Source: Oscillospiraceae bacterium
GTDB lineage: Bacteria; Bacillota; Clostridia; Oscillospirales; UBA929
Assembly (NCBI GenBank): GCA_009780275.1
Contig: WRAI01000002.1
Location: forward strand, 64,231-128,230
Direction: 5' to 3'
Length of the DNA stretch: 64,000 nt
Shown in pieces: positions 1 to 8,718 of the stretch; position 1 is the first letter of the stretch; the number at the start of each line of letters is the position of its first letter. The translations under genes were made by a program, and so were the position numbers. The notes under the pieces are model-generated. The model did no database searches. It had not been told where the DNA came from and saw only the letters and a list, made by a program, of their open reading frames with translations.

Positions 1-2
1 AC

Positions 3-176
3 CCCGGTAAGGCCGCCGCCATTGAAATACGAAAAACACTACTGAACAAAGGGTACAGCGTTGATGTTTATTTCCCAAAAGGCGGCAAGGATTACAACCA
101 TGAATTGGTGGCGACCCGACGCGCTTTGGCATCGACCTCAAATCGGTGTTTAGATACAAAAACGCCTAAGCGTTAG
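3..176 (+). CDS. Partial CDS (3' end only), possibly the C-terminus of a Toprim/primase-like conjugative-element protein
   Basis: Frame 3 is open from the window edge to TAG at 174-176 (...VDVYFPKGGKDYNHELVATRR...). The tail resembles Toprim-domain proteins of Firmicute conjugative elements; family recalled from memory only. Confidence 0.3.
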   Translation, partial: PGKAAAIEIRKTLLNKGYSVDVYFPKGGKDYNHELVATRRALASTSNRCLDTKTPKR

Positions 177-187
177 CGCAACAAAAA

Positions 188-209
188 GAGGGCGGGAAGC
201 CCCGCCCTC
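188..209. terminator. GC-rich hairpin between convergent genes (bidirectional terminator)
   Basis: gagggcggg-aagc-cccgccctc, a 9-bp stem, lying between the stop at 176 (+) and the stop at 217 (-). Confidence 0.6.
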
Positions 210-216
210 GAACTAT

Positions 217-753
217 TTAATTACCTTGCTCCCAAAAACATCCTGCACCGCCATCGCCATAGTTTCTTCCGCCATCTCGCGTTCCTAAATAATTATCATT
301 ATTCAACTCTCTTTCAACAACCTGCGGTGTAGATTGCGGCGTTGGTACGGGAGTAGGTGCAGGTGTAGGTGCAGGGACAGGCTGCTGAGCCGGTCTTGGT
401 GTGTTAGCAGCCCCCGGCGCAGTAGTAGGTGTAGTAGGTTGCGAAGTAGGCGCAGGAACATTCATCGAAATATCCACCGGCTCAGTTTCAAGCTCGTATT
501 GCGGTTCAACTTCATGCTCAGTTTCATACTCAGACTCAGGTGTAGCCCTTGACGCAATCACTATGGGTCGCTGAACCTCCGGGCACGGGTTTGCAAATTC
601 AAGTAACTGCGGCGTAGACCTAATCGGCGGCGTCACTTCAACAGTTGGGACTGTATCTTTGGTCAATGATGTAGCTCTCTCAGACCTTTGGCAAGCTGTA
701 AATAACAGCATCAATAATGCAATCCCTAAAAATATACTCAATCTCTTTTTCAT
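217..753 (-). CDS. Proline/threonine-rich lipoprotein (conjugative-element surface protein, function unknown)
   Basis: From internal Met7: MKKRLSIFLGIALLMLLFTAC lipobox. PTPAPTPVPTP low-complexity C-terminal half. Confidence 0.6.
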   Translation of the reverse strand: MKKRLSIFLGIALLMLLFTACQRSERATSLTKDTVPTVEVTPPIRSTPQLLEFANPCPEVQRPIVIASRATPESEYETEHEVEPQYELETEPVDISMNVPAPTSQPTTPTTAPGAANTPRPAQQPVPAPTPAPTPVPTPQSTPQVVERELNNDNYLGTRDGGRNYGDGGAGCFWEQGN

Positions 754-829
754 AGTTCCTGTCCTTATCATAGAATTTCTAGTTATTTAAATTATACCAT
801 AAAATGGCGCAACAGTCAAGATTTGTTCA

Positions 830-1165
830 CTATATTTCAAAGAACGAAAACACCATATCAACCAATTCGTCAATAATATCTTGTGGTGCTTTTTCTAAAA
901 ACTTTGCGTTTCGCTTGGACAAGTCCAACGCCTTAACTTGCTCACACATAATCACGCCGGTCGTCCTCGTTCTGGCATCCAACATAATGTGTATCGGCAA
1001 GCCTCGGTTTGTATTGGTTATCGGGCAAACAATAGCGGCGCGTGTAAATTGGTTAAACACATTATTACTCACCACAATAGCCGGTCTTCTTCCTTTTTGT
1101 TCATGTCCAGCCTGTGGGTCAAAATCCAGCAAGATAATGTCACCTTGTTCAAAAATCATTACCAT
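830..1165 (-). CDS. mazF: Type II toxin, MazF/PemK-family endoribonuclease
   Basis: GDIILLDFDPQAGHEQKGRRPAIVVS...CPIT motif pattern typical of MazF/PemK. 7-nt overlap with the upstream antitoxin gene. Confidence 0.85.
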   Translation of the reverse strand: MVMIFEQGDIILLDFDPQAGHEQKGRRPAIVVSNNVFNQFTRAAIVCPITNTNRGLPIHIMLDARTRTTGVIMCEQVKALDLSKRNAKFLEKAPQDIIDELVDMVFSFFEI

Positions 1166-1407
1166 ATTTCATTCCCCACCGGCTTGCCCCAATCTGCTTC
1201 TTCGAAGACATACTCGCCTTGAAAATCTTTAAGTCTTTCTTCCAGCCGCATATGTCTTTTCCGCGCTGCTTTCCTGATTATGATTTTCCCATCTTCTGCC
1301 ATAATATCAACTTCATCATTGGGACTAATTGACGCTTGCGACAATATGACCTTTGGTATTCGTATACCGCTGCTGTTGCCCCATTTTTGAATAACACCAG
1401 TACTCAT
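1159..1407 (-). CDS. mazE: AbrB/MazE-type antitoxin
   Basis: MSTGVIQKWGNSSGIRIPKVIL (SpoVT/AbrB swapped-hairpin motif). Start taken at Met29 of the ORF, which has a GGGAG RBS. Overlaps mazF. Confidence 0.75.
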   Translation of the reverse strand: MSTGVIQKWGNSSGIRIPKVILSQASISPNDEVDIMAEDGKIIIRKAARKRHMRLEERLKDFQGEYVFEEADWGKPVGNEIW

Positions 1408-1458
1408 ACTGTAATCAACTCCCTTCAATTCGACAGTGTATACAATGTCTATACTCAC

Positions 1459-1487
1459 AGTATATACATAGTTTATATGTTTGTCAA
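1459..1487 (-). promoter_or_regulatory. Putative sigma-A promoter of mazEF
   Basis: Minus strand TTGACA-17 nt-TATACT. The leader downstream contains GTATAC-type palindromes. Confidence 0.4.
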
Positions 1488-1597
1488 GCACTTTTGTACA
1501 ATTTTCTGTAAATATTTTTCTGTCTGTAACCGCGCTTTACTCCCGCAAGGGATTTATATAAAAACAACTTAAACAAAAGAAAGAAGAGGTAACTCAC

Positions 1598-4500
1598 ATG
1601 AGAAAGAAAATCTCACTCATTCTCGCGCTGGTGATGCTCATATCACTGGTATCAATCGTGCCGGCACAAGCCCAAACGATAGATATAACACCAACCCAAG
1701 GCGGCACAGTACAATTTGTCCGTCCCGGTCATTTTATCTATGTGCCGGGTGCGTGGCAGCTCCCCGGCGGCACACGGACAATGGAATTTTTCCAAATGCG
1801 GCTTGAAGGCAATCTATATCCCATTTACTGCCTTGAACCCCTTGTCGCAGCACCATTACCGGGTAACTATGCTTACCGTGTCTTAGCAAACAATCTCTTG
1901 TTGGCGCGAGCATTGTATTATTCGTTCGGCGCGCCCGGACAACGTTATTATCTCGACACGCTTGCAAATGTGCCATTGGCAATAACATCTTTTACCGGCA
2001 GTCAACGTGGTGACTCATTGTACATCCTTTCGCGCATTACACTAGCATATATCTACGGTGCGCCCGATGCGTTCTTTGGCATTAACGCAACAGGTATTGC
2101 AGCAGCGCGGGCGTTCCGTGCATGGCTGGAAACAGCACCACATCCGCCGCATGCAAACAAATCTTTTTCCAATGCCAATGTAAATGCCACACTCAATATT
2201 GCTGAAAATCGCCAAGAAACGCCGTGGATTACGTTCAACGCAGACACACGCAACGCCATCACCATGCCCGTTAGCAATTTCGGTACCGGTGTAACATTGC
2301 AACGCAATCGCGGCGGCACAATTACAGGACATACCGGCAACGTGGAATTACGCGGTGGCGACCAATTCCGACTATTCGCTCCACTTCCGACACCGGCAGG
2401 GATACGCAACAGCGGCGACTTGCGCGGTACTGAAACAAGGCACTGGTACGCGCTCCTGTTCAACGAAAATAATCCGGGTACGCAAGTCTTGGGTGGCTGG
2501 TCATATCGCGTTGACCCCGCTGACCCCATTCGCTTTGCTGTCACATGGCGGGAAGCGCACGGCAGTTTGCGTATCAACAAGACGGTCGAAAATTGGCATA
2601 CCCGCGCAGGATTTGAGTTTGAAGTAAGGCGCGTTACAGGCAACGTCCTCATCGGCAATTTTACCACCAACGCCAACGGCTATGTCTATGTCCCAAACCT
2701 CGTGGCCGGAGATTATAGCGTTCGTGAAATCGTGCCGTATGGCTTCGTCGCACCCACGCCCAACCCGCGCGTTATCACAGTTGTCGCAGGGCAAACAGGT
2801 AGCGCGGCGGCAAATACAACATTTAACAACGTGCGCCAGCAAGGACGCATTCGTGTTGAGAAGCACAGCACAAACCCCGGCATGAGCGTGTATAATCTTG
2901 CAGGTGCGGTATTTGAAATCCGTAACGCCGGCGGTACGGTCGTCGAAACCATAACCACCAACGCGGAGGGTATCGCAGAGTCAAACTTGCTCCCGTTGGG
3001 CGCATATACCGTTGTAGAACGTACCGCGCCCTATGGCTTCGTTCTTGACCCTACACCCCGCAGCGTAACATTAACATCGACCAACCAAACGGCAACCGTT
3101 TTTTGGGGCAACGTAAGTGTTGGCAATCGTCCGCAGGTCGGCCGCATCACCATCACCAAACTAGACCGCGACACCGGTGACCGCCCACAAGGCGATGCCA
3201 CCCTCAACGGCGCAATCTTTGACATTTTCGCGGCACGGGACATCCGTCAGCCGAACGGCACAATTATTTTTACACAAGACCAATTGGTTGATACAATTTA
3301 CACAGGCACGAATAATGTCGGCACGAGTCGCGAGCTGCCCCTTGGGGATTACTATTTTGTAGAACGTGTCGCGCCCCACGGCTACACACTCAACACTGAG
3401 CGTCACCCTGTAACAATCGCCTATGACGGGCAACTTGTGACGGTATCTAACACAGACGCCGAGTTGCTAAATCGTGTTATTCAGGGGCGAATTGCGCTTG
3501 TTAAATTCACTGACCCGGACACAGGCAATCAACAAATCATGCCGCCGCTGGAAGGTGCAATCTTCGACATTTTCTTGCGCTCGGCCGGTAGCTTTGAAAA
3601 CGCATTGCCGACTGAAAGGGCGCGAATCACTACCGATGCCAACGGTTTTGCTGAAACAGGCTACTTACCATTTGGTTGGTATACGGTGCGCGAAGTCTAC
3701 GCACCCGGCGATGTGCGATTGGTTGATCCGTTCGACGTTTTCATCAGCCAAGACGGACAAATCCATCGTTTTATACTCAGTAACCCTATTTTTGAGAGCT
3801 TAATCCGTATCGTAAAAACTGATGCCACCACAGGGCAGACAATCCCCGCGGCCGGCGTGGCGTTCCGCATCCGCGACTTAGCAACGGGGCAATGGGTATC
3901 GCAAACATTCAACTACCCCACGCCAACGGAAATTGACATTTTCCACACCAACGAAGAGGGTTGGCTCGTCATGCCTTTACCACTCCGCAGCGGCCAATAT
4001 GAGTTACACGAAATTTCCGCTCCATATGGCTATTTGCTGTCACGCGAACCCGTACAGTTTACCGTTCACAGCTCCGTCGCCGGCGAAAATGACATTATCG
4101 AGGTCATTATGGCCAACGACCCTGCCATGGGCGTGATAAGTGTCAGAAAAGTCGGCAATATGCTTGTTGGCACAGAAGTCGCTGAAACCGACTTTGGTTA
4201 CAAGCACGTCCCCGCCTTTGCCGAGCGTGGCTTGCCCGGCGCGGTCTTCAATATCATTGCCGCCGAAGACATCATCACACCCGATGGCACAGTCCGAGCC
4301 GTAGCCGGTGAAATAGTAGACACCATCACGACAAACGCGAACGGCAACGCTTCTTCGCGGCCGCTCTTCTTGGGTAACTATCATGTCGTGGAAATCTACG
4401 CACCACAAGGCTTTGTATTGGACGAAACACCGAAGTTTGTAACACTTGCCTATATCGACCAATACACACCGATTGTACACGAACTTATCAGCCGCGTCAA

Positions 4501-5827
4501 TGTGCGGCAACGTGTAGCGATTGAGCTTGACAAATGGATGGAAACGCTTGACGGTCAATATGCACCGTATCATGATGTTGTCTTTGGACTCTTTGCGTAT
4601 GATGACATCCTATGCGTAGACGGTGAAATTGTCATTGAAGCTGGTGATTTAGTATCGCTCATTACCTTAAATGATGTAGGCATCAGCGAATTTGTTGCAG
4701 AATTGCCTTGGGCGAATTTCATTATCCGTGAGCTGGCCACAGCCGAAGGCTACCGTGTCACTGATGAAGATTTTGAGGTCAGCATCGAACCCGCCGACCA
4801 AGGCACTTCCGTTATCAAGATTGCCGTCAATGACGGTGAACCTATCCACAATTATCTCATGCGCGGTGACTTGCGTGTCATTAAGACATTTGAAGGTCGC
4901 GAAACGCCCATCGCCGGCGTACCGTTTACCATTATTGGCGAAACCGTTGTAGGTGAGCGCATCGAAATTAATGCCGAAACGGATGAGAACGGCGAAATTG
5001 TCCTTGAAGGCTTGCCCATCGGTGAATGGACTGTAACTGAACTGTCCGGAGAGCAAAACGAGGGCTTTATCCTGAGTGAGCCTGTCACTGTTACACTCAC
5101 CGAAGATGAGCTTGTCGAGCTTGCTATCCACAATTACCTCATGCGTGGTGATTTGCGCGTCATCAAAACATTTGAAGGTCGCGAAACGCCCATCGCCGGC
5201 GTACCGTTTACCATTATTGGTGAAACCGTTGTAGGTGAGCGCATCGAAATCAACGCCGAAACGGATGAGAACGGCGAAATTGTCCTTGAAGGCTTGCTTG
5301 TCGGTGAATGGACAGTCATTGAGTTAGCATCTGAGCTGAACGAGGGTTTTATCCTAAGTGAAGAACAAACAATCACCATCGCCGCGAACAAATTAGCAGA
5401 AATGTCAATCCACAACTACCTCATCCGGGGTTGCATCCACGTCACCAAACGAAGCTCCGCAACTGGAAATGTTCTTGCCGGCACTGTGTTCGGGTTGTAT
5501 CAAGATGGTGTTCGTCTATACGAAGCGACCACAGGCGAAGACGGCGTTGCAATATTTGAACGTTTCCCATCCGGCGATTTTGTAATCTATGAAGTCCAAG
5601 CCCCGACCGGATATTTAATTGCAGACGAGGGTGTAAATGTAACAATTTATGAAGAAGGTCAAATTGTTGCTATCGACTTTACCAACGACCCAATTCCCAA
5701 AAGAGAAAACCCGCATACCGGCGACGGCCGCAACCTTCCATTATTTATTGCTCTCATGGTTCTCTCTTCTGCCGGCCTTCCTCTTGCCTTCATGGCGATG
5801 AAGCGCAAACGTAAAACCAAAGCATAG
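1598..5827 (+). CDS. Cell-wall-anchored adhesin with many Cna-B/SpaA-type (isopeptide-fold) repeats and an NPHTG sorting signal
   Basis: Signal peptide (...VPAQAQT). Repeated G(A/T)xF.I......V.T.TTN..G......L..G.Y.V.E..AP.GY modules. C-terminus is NPHTG, then a hydrophobic stretch, then a KRKRKTKA tail. Confidence 0.85.
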   Translation: MRKKISLILALVMLISLVSIVPAQAQTIDITPTQGGTVQFVRPGHFIYVPGAWQLPGGTRTMEFFQMRLEGNLYPIYCLEPLVAAPLPGNYAYRVLANNLLLARALYYSFGAPGQRYYLDTLANVPLAITSFTGSQRGDSLYILSRITLAYIYGAPDAFFGINATGIAAARAFRAWLETAPHPPHANKSFSNANVNATLNIAENRQETPWITFNADTRNAITMPVSNFGTGVTLQRNRGGTITGHTGNVELRGGDQFRLFAPLPTPAGIRNSGDLRGTETRHWYALLFNENNPGTQVLGGWSYRVDPADPIRFAVTWREAHGSLRINKTVENWHTRAGFEFEVRRVTGNVLIGNFTTNANGYVYVPNLVAGDYSVREIVPYGFVAPTPNPRVITVVAGQTGSAAANTTFNNVRQQGRIRVEKHSTNPGMSVYNLAGAVFEIRNAGGTVVETITTNAEGIAESNLLPLGAYTVVERTAPYGFVLDPTPRSVTLTSTNQTATVFWGNVSVGNRPQVGRITITKLDRDTGDRPQGDATLNGAIFDIFAARDIRQPNGTIIFTQDQLVDTIYTGTNNVGTSRELPLGDYYFVERVAPHGYTLNTERHPVTIAYDGQLVTVSNTDAELLNRVIQGRIALVKFTDPDTGNQQIMPPLEGAIFDIFLRSAGSFENALPTERARITTDANGFAETGYLPFGWYTVREVYAPGDVRLVDPFDVFISQDGQIHRFILSNPIFESLIRIVKTDATTGQTIPAAGVAFRIRDLATGQWVSQTFNYPTPTEIDIFHTNEEGWLVMPLPLRSGQYELHEISAPYGYLLSREPVQFTVHSSVAGENDIIEVIMANDPAMGVISVRKVGNMLVGTEVAETDFGYKHVPAFAERGLPGAVFNIIAAEDIITPDGTVRAVAGEIVDTITTNANGNASSRPLFLGNYHVVEIYAPQGFVLDETPKFVTLAYIDQYTPIVHELISRVNVRQRVAIELDKWMETLDGQYAPYHDVVFGLFAYDDILCVDGEIVIEAGDLVSLITLNDVGISEFVAELPWANFIIRELATAEGYRVTDEDFEVSIEPADQGTSVIKIAVNDGEPIHNYLMRGDLRVIKTFEGRETPIAGVPFTIIGETVVGERIEINAETDENGEIVLEGLPIGEWTVTELSGEQNEGFILSEPVTVTLTEDELVELAIHNYLMRGDLRVIKTFEGRETPIAGVPFTIIGETVVGERIEINAETDENGEIVLEGLLVGEWTVIELASELNEGFILSEEQTITIAANKLAEMSIHNYLIRGCIHVTKRSSATGNVLAGTVFGLYQDGVRLYEATTGEDGVAIFERFPSGDFVIYEVQAPTGYLIADEGVNVTIYEEGQIVAIDFTNDPIPKRENPHTGDGRNLPLFIALMVLSSAGLPLAFMAMKRKRKTKA
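4847..5410 (+). repeat. Near-identical 282-bp tandem duplication (2 copies, 94 aa each) inside the adhesin gene
   Basis: The HNYLMRGDLRVIKTFEGRETPIAGVPFTIIGETVVGERIEINAETDENGEIVLEG... unit occurs twice in tandem. The antisense ORFs 4852-5133 and 5134-5415 are near copies of each other. Confidence 0.9.
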
Positions 5828-5839
5828 CTCCCTTCTTAA

Positions 5840-5883
5840 CAGGGCGCGGCGATTGCTATTACATCAGCAAATCCCGCGCCCTG
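5840..5883 (+). terminator. Hairpin downstream of the adhesin gene (terminator-like, no clear T-run)
   Basis: cagggcgcgg ... ccgcgccctg, a 10-bp GC stem with a 24-nt loop. Confidence 0.4.
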
Positions 5884-5932
5884 CCCCATGCCGGGGCTGA
5901 CATAAAGAAATGTAAAAAGGCGGTCTTTAATT

Positions 5933-6970
5933 ATGAGCTATTATTACAGCCATGAAGCCGAACAATATACATTTTATCGCTTGCCAAAGGCTCTATTTAC
6001 AAACGCTCGTTATAAGAGCTTATCTGACGGCGCAAAAATCCTATACGGCCTCATGCTCGACCGCATGAGCTTATCTATAAAAAACAGTTGGACAGATGAT
6101 AAAGACCGCGTATTTATTATGTTCACGTTGGAAAACATCTGCGAGTATCTGAATTGCGGTCGTGATAAAGGCGTAAAGATGACGGCTGAGTTGGAGAAAA
6201 TTGCACTTATTGAGCGCGTCAAGCGTCAAGGCAAGCCAGCAATTATCTATGTGCGAAAGTTTTTAGACGCATCGCTGACTACTCAAAAACCACAACCGAA
6301 AACAATTGATACACAAGACTTTGACGATGCCGAAACACAAACTTCCGATGAGCCGGAAGACAATCTTATGACAACCCGAAGTCTAGACTTCGGAAAAGCC
6401 GAAGTCCGGACTTCGGAAAAACCGACTTCTAGACTTCGGGAAAGCCGACTTCTAGACTTCGGAAAAACCGACCCTAATAATACTAATAAGAATAATACTG
6501 AGAAGAACGATACTAATCCTATCGTATCTTATCCATCCGCACACACGCACGACATTGGATGTGATAAGACAGGACAGGATACGACCGTTGACGAATTTTC
6601 TTTGATGCGTTCTAAAATCCACGACCATATCGACTACCCCGGTTTACTTATTCAACACTTTAATCAACCTCTCGTTGACGAAATTGTTGAGCTGATGGTC
6701 GAAACTGTTTGTACACACCGGAAAACGCTTTGCGTCACCAAAACAGACTATCCGACCGAAGTCGTGCGGAAGCGGTTTTTGTCACTGGATAATAGCCATA
6801 TCAATTTTGTTTTAGACCGCCTTCGCGAGAATATGGCCGACATTCGCAATATTAAGGCGTATATTTTGGCCATGCTGTTTAACGCACCAACGACAACCAA
6901 CGCACATTTTACTGCAAGAGTGGCACATGACAATTCGCTGGGCTTGGAAAGTGTCGGAAGCAGTCCGTAA
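5933..6970 (+). CDS. Replication initiator, RepA_N family (N-terminal wHTH)
   Basis: N-terminus YTFYRLPKALFTNARYKSLSDGAKILYGLMLDRMSLS... is typical of RepA_N initiators of Firmicute plasmids and ICEs. The central region carries DNA iterons. Confidence 0.8.
   Translation: MSYYYSHEAEQYTFYRLPKALFTNARYKSLSDGAKILYGLMLDRMSLSIKNSWTDDKDRVFIMFTLENICEYLNCGRDKGVKMTAELEKIALIERVKRQGKPAIIYVRKFLDASLTTQKPQPKTIDTQDFDDAETQTSDEPEDNLMTTRSLDFGKAEVRTSEKPTSRLRESRLLDFGKTDPNNTNKNNTEKNDTNPIVSYPSAHTHDIGCDKTGQDTTVDEFSLMRSKIHDHIDYPGLLIQHFNQPLVDEIVELMVETVCTHRKTLCVTKTDYPTEVVRKRFLSLDNSHINFVLDRLRENMADIRNIKAYILAMLFNAPTTTNAHFTARVAHDNSLGLESVGSSP
6376..6467. repeat. Four tandem 23-bp direct repeats (iteron-like, candidate oriV) inside the repA_N coding region
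   Basis: Units start at 6376, 6399, 6422 and 6445 (CCGA[A/C][G/T]TC[T/C][A/G]GACTTCGG[A/G]AAA[G/A]), with a partial fifth at 6468. Each contains a GAAGTCTAGACTTC-type palindrome. Confidence 0.75.
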
Positions 6971-6989
6971 CAGTTAGGAGGAACGCACT

Positions 6990-7871
6990 ATGCAAAGTCG
7001 AGATAAACATGGTAGATTTCAGAAAAACACACTTGAAAACCTGTTTGGTATACCGAATAACGACCTTGCGATGACAGCACTTGTTTGTGTGAAATGTGAA
7101 CACGGAAGCAAGGATACGAAATTTCTTCCGATTTTGAAATTGTCCCCTTGCTCAAAGTGTGGTAACGATGAAGGGCATATGCCACTAAAAGATTATTTAG
7201 ATTTACAGGAGGAAAAAACTATGAAAGACAACTTGCAATACCGCGAGGAACTTATTGCCGGGAACTTCCAAATTCGCGAGGAAAACTCAGCGTTTGCAGT
7301 TTATCAAAAAAGCTCATACTTTTCTGACAGTTTCAACCCCCAAGGCGAATGGGTGAATACTTGGAATTGCTGTGCAACATACAAAACATTAAATAATGCA
7401 GAAAAGTATCTTGAAAAGCAGATAGCTTGCCAATTCCCGAAAGGCTACGACATCAGCGGCGTGTTGAATGCGATAGAGTTAATCACGGAAGAAAAAGAAA
7501 TTGACGCCCCTGACTCTATGCACTACAAATCAAAGCCTGCTGAAAGCCTCCCGGATGGCTGGCATTGGCGAGAATATGACGATGGCAGCGGTGCGTTGGA
7601 TGCGCCGGATGGGAAAAGTTATTTTTCTTATGACCGCATGACAAACGAGTATCGTCATCCGAATTTACAAGGTTGGTCAACTATGGGTGACTACCAGCAA
7701 TTCAAGACGATGGCAGCGCAATGGGTAAGGGATAATGTGGTTGACAGAGGCGATATAGCACCGAAGTCGCAAAGCTCCCTCGCCGACCGCTGCCAAGCTG
7801 CAAAAGAGGCTTCCGCAAAACAAGATAACAACACACCACAAGGGGGAAAGCAACATGAACCTAATCGCTAA
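6990..7871 (+). CDS. Hypothetical protein with an N-terminal CxxC...CxxC zinc-ribbon-like motif
   Basis: AGGAGG RBS before 6990. CVKCEH...CSKCGN motif. No family recognised. Its end overlaps the next gene. Confidence 0.5.
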   Translation: MQSRDKHGRFQKNTLENLFGIPNNDLAMTALVCVKCEHGSKDTKFLPILKLSPCSKCGNDEGHMPLKDYLDLQEEKTMKDNLQYREELIAGNFQIREENSAFAVYQKSSYFSDSFNPQGEWVNTWNCCATYKTLNNAEKYLEKQIACQFPKGYDISGVLNAIELITEEKEIDAPDSMHYKSKPAESLPDGWHWREYDDGSGALDAPDGKSYFSYDRMTNEYRHPNLQGWSTMGDYQQFKTMAAQWVRDNVVDRGDIAPKSQSSLADRCQAAKEASAKQDNNTPQGGKQHEPNR

Positions 7872-8718
7872 ATTACGCGCCGGAAAGCGCGGTCGTACAG
7901 CCCTTATGATTGTCGGGATGGTCTTGCTGCTGGCTGTTGTCAATTTACTCAGCCGCGACAATTCCCGCAATAGTCCGAATGACACCGCCGAACCGTCGCC
8001 GTATTATGCCGAACCTACATCTGCCCAAACAGAAAGCCCGGCAGCAGTTCCAACAGTACCCCCTACCCTCATGCCGACAACTGACCCGTGGCCGGACGAT
8101 TTCGAAGACCCGCACTATGAATATCCGGACAACCGCGCCGTTGCTGACGCACAAGCATATAACCCAAATATCGTTGGGCGTGTCATCGGCACCGGCCTCG
8201 ATGCTCATTTTATTCAAGGTGGTAACAACACACATCCCAATGATGCCATTTTCTTAGATTGGCGTTCGCCATCCGATTTTTCTGCCTTTAATACGCTCAT
8301 TTTTGGCAACCGCCATCAGTCTTTTGACCCAATAGGTCAATTACTTAACCGTTCTTTTTTTGACGCAAACGAATACTTAACAATCATTTTGCCTGAGCAG
8401 ACAATCAACTTGCGTGTAATGGCCGTCGTCATCCTCAACGGTGACGAGCTATCCCTTATTGACCCCGCACTCTTCGCCGGCGACGCGCAATTTGGCCATC
8501 TTCTTGGTCGTTACGGTTTCAACCACGACGCATACCACGCACAAAAAGCTCGGCGGCAAGAGTTTCTGCGATTTATTGAGCAACACGCAATACACTTCCG
8601 GCCATCCTACGCTACGACCGGCAGCCGGCTTGTAACATTTTTGCCGACTGACACAACAGTCCACGACAGCCAACTTTTAATCATTACCATCAATGATGGT
8701 GGAAGGGCGGTATCATAA
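7855..8718 (+). CDS. Sortase-B-like protein lacking the catalytic Cys (putative pseudo-sortase), N-terminal TM anchor
   Basis: By eye it aligns to the srtB at 18862-19638 (NPNIVGRV / NPDMIGWI; LIFGNRH / TIFAHN; RLVTFLPTD / RLITLSTC). The TLxTC cysteine is absent. Confidence 0.55.
   Translation: MNLIAKLRAGKRGRTALMIVGMVLLLAVVNLLSRDNSRNSPNDTAEPSPYYAEPTSAQTESPAAVPTVPPTLMPTTDPWPDDFEDPHYEYPDNRAVADAQAYNPNIVGRVIGTGLDAHFIQGGNNTHPNDAIFLDWRSPSDFSAFNTLIFGNRHQSFDPIGQLLNRSFFDANEYLTIILPEQTINLRVMAVVILNGDELSLIDPALFAGDAQFGHLLGRYGFNHDAYHAQKARRQEFLRFIEQHAIHFRPSYATTGSRLVTFLPTDTTVHDSQLLIITINDGGRAVS

Noticed and set aside
5838-5854. The 17-mer TAACAGGGCGCGGCGAT is shared between the adhesin terminator hairpin (5838-5854) and the spoVT terminator hairpin (47560-47576). 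This could be a dispersed REP-like element.
   Set aside because: There are only two copies. Loops and right flanks differ. A single shared 17-mer between GC-rich stems in 64 kb is not far from chance. A whole-genome count would be needed.
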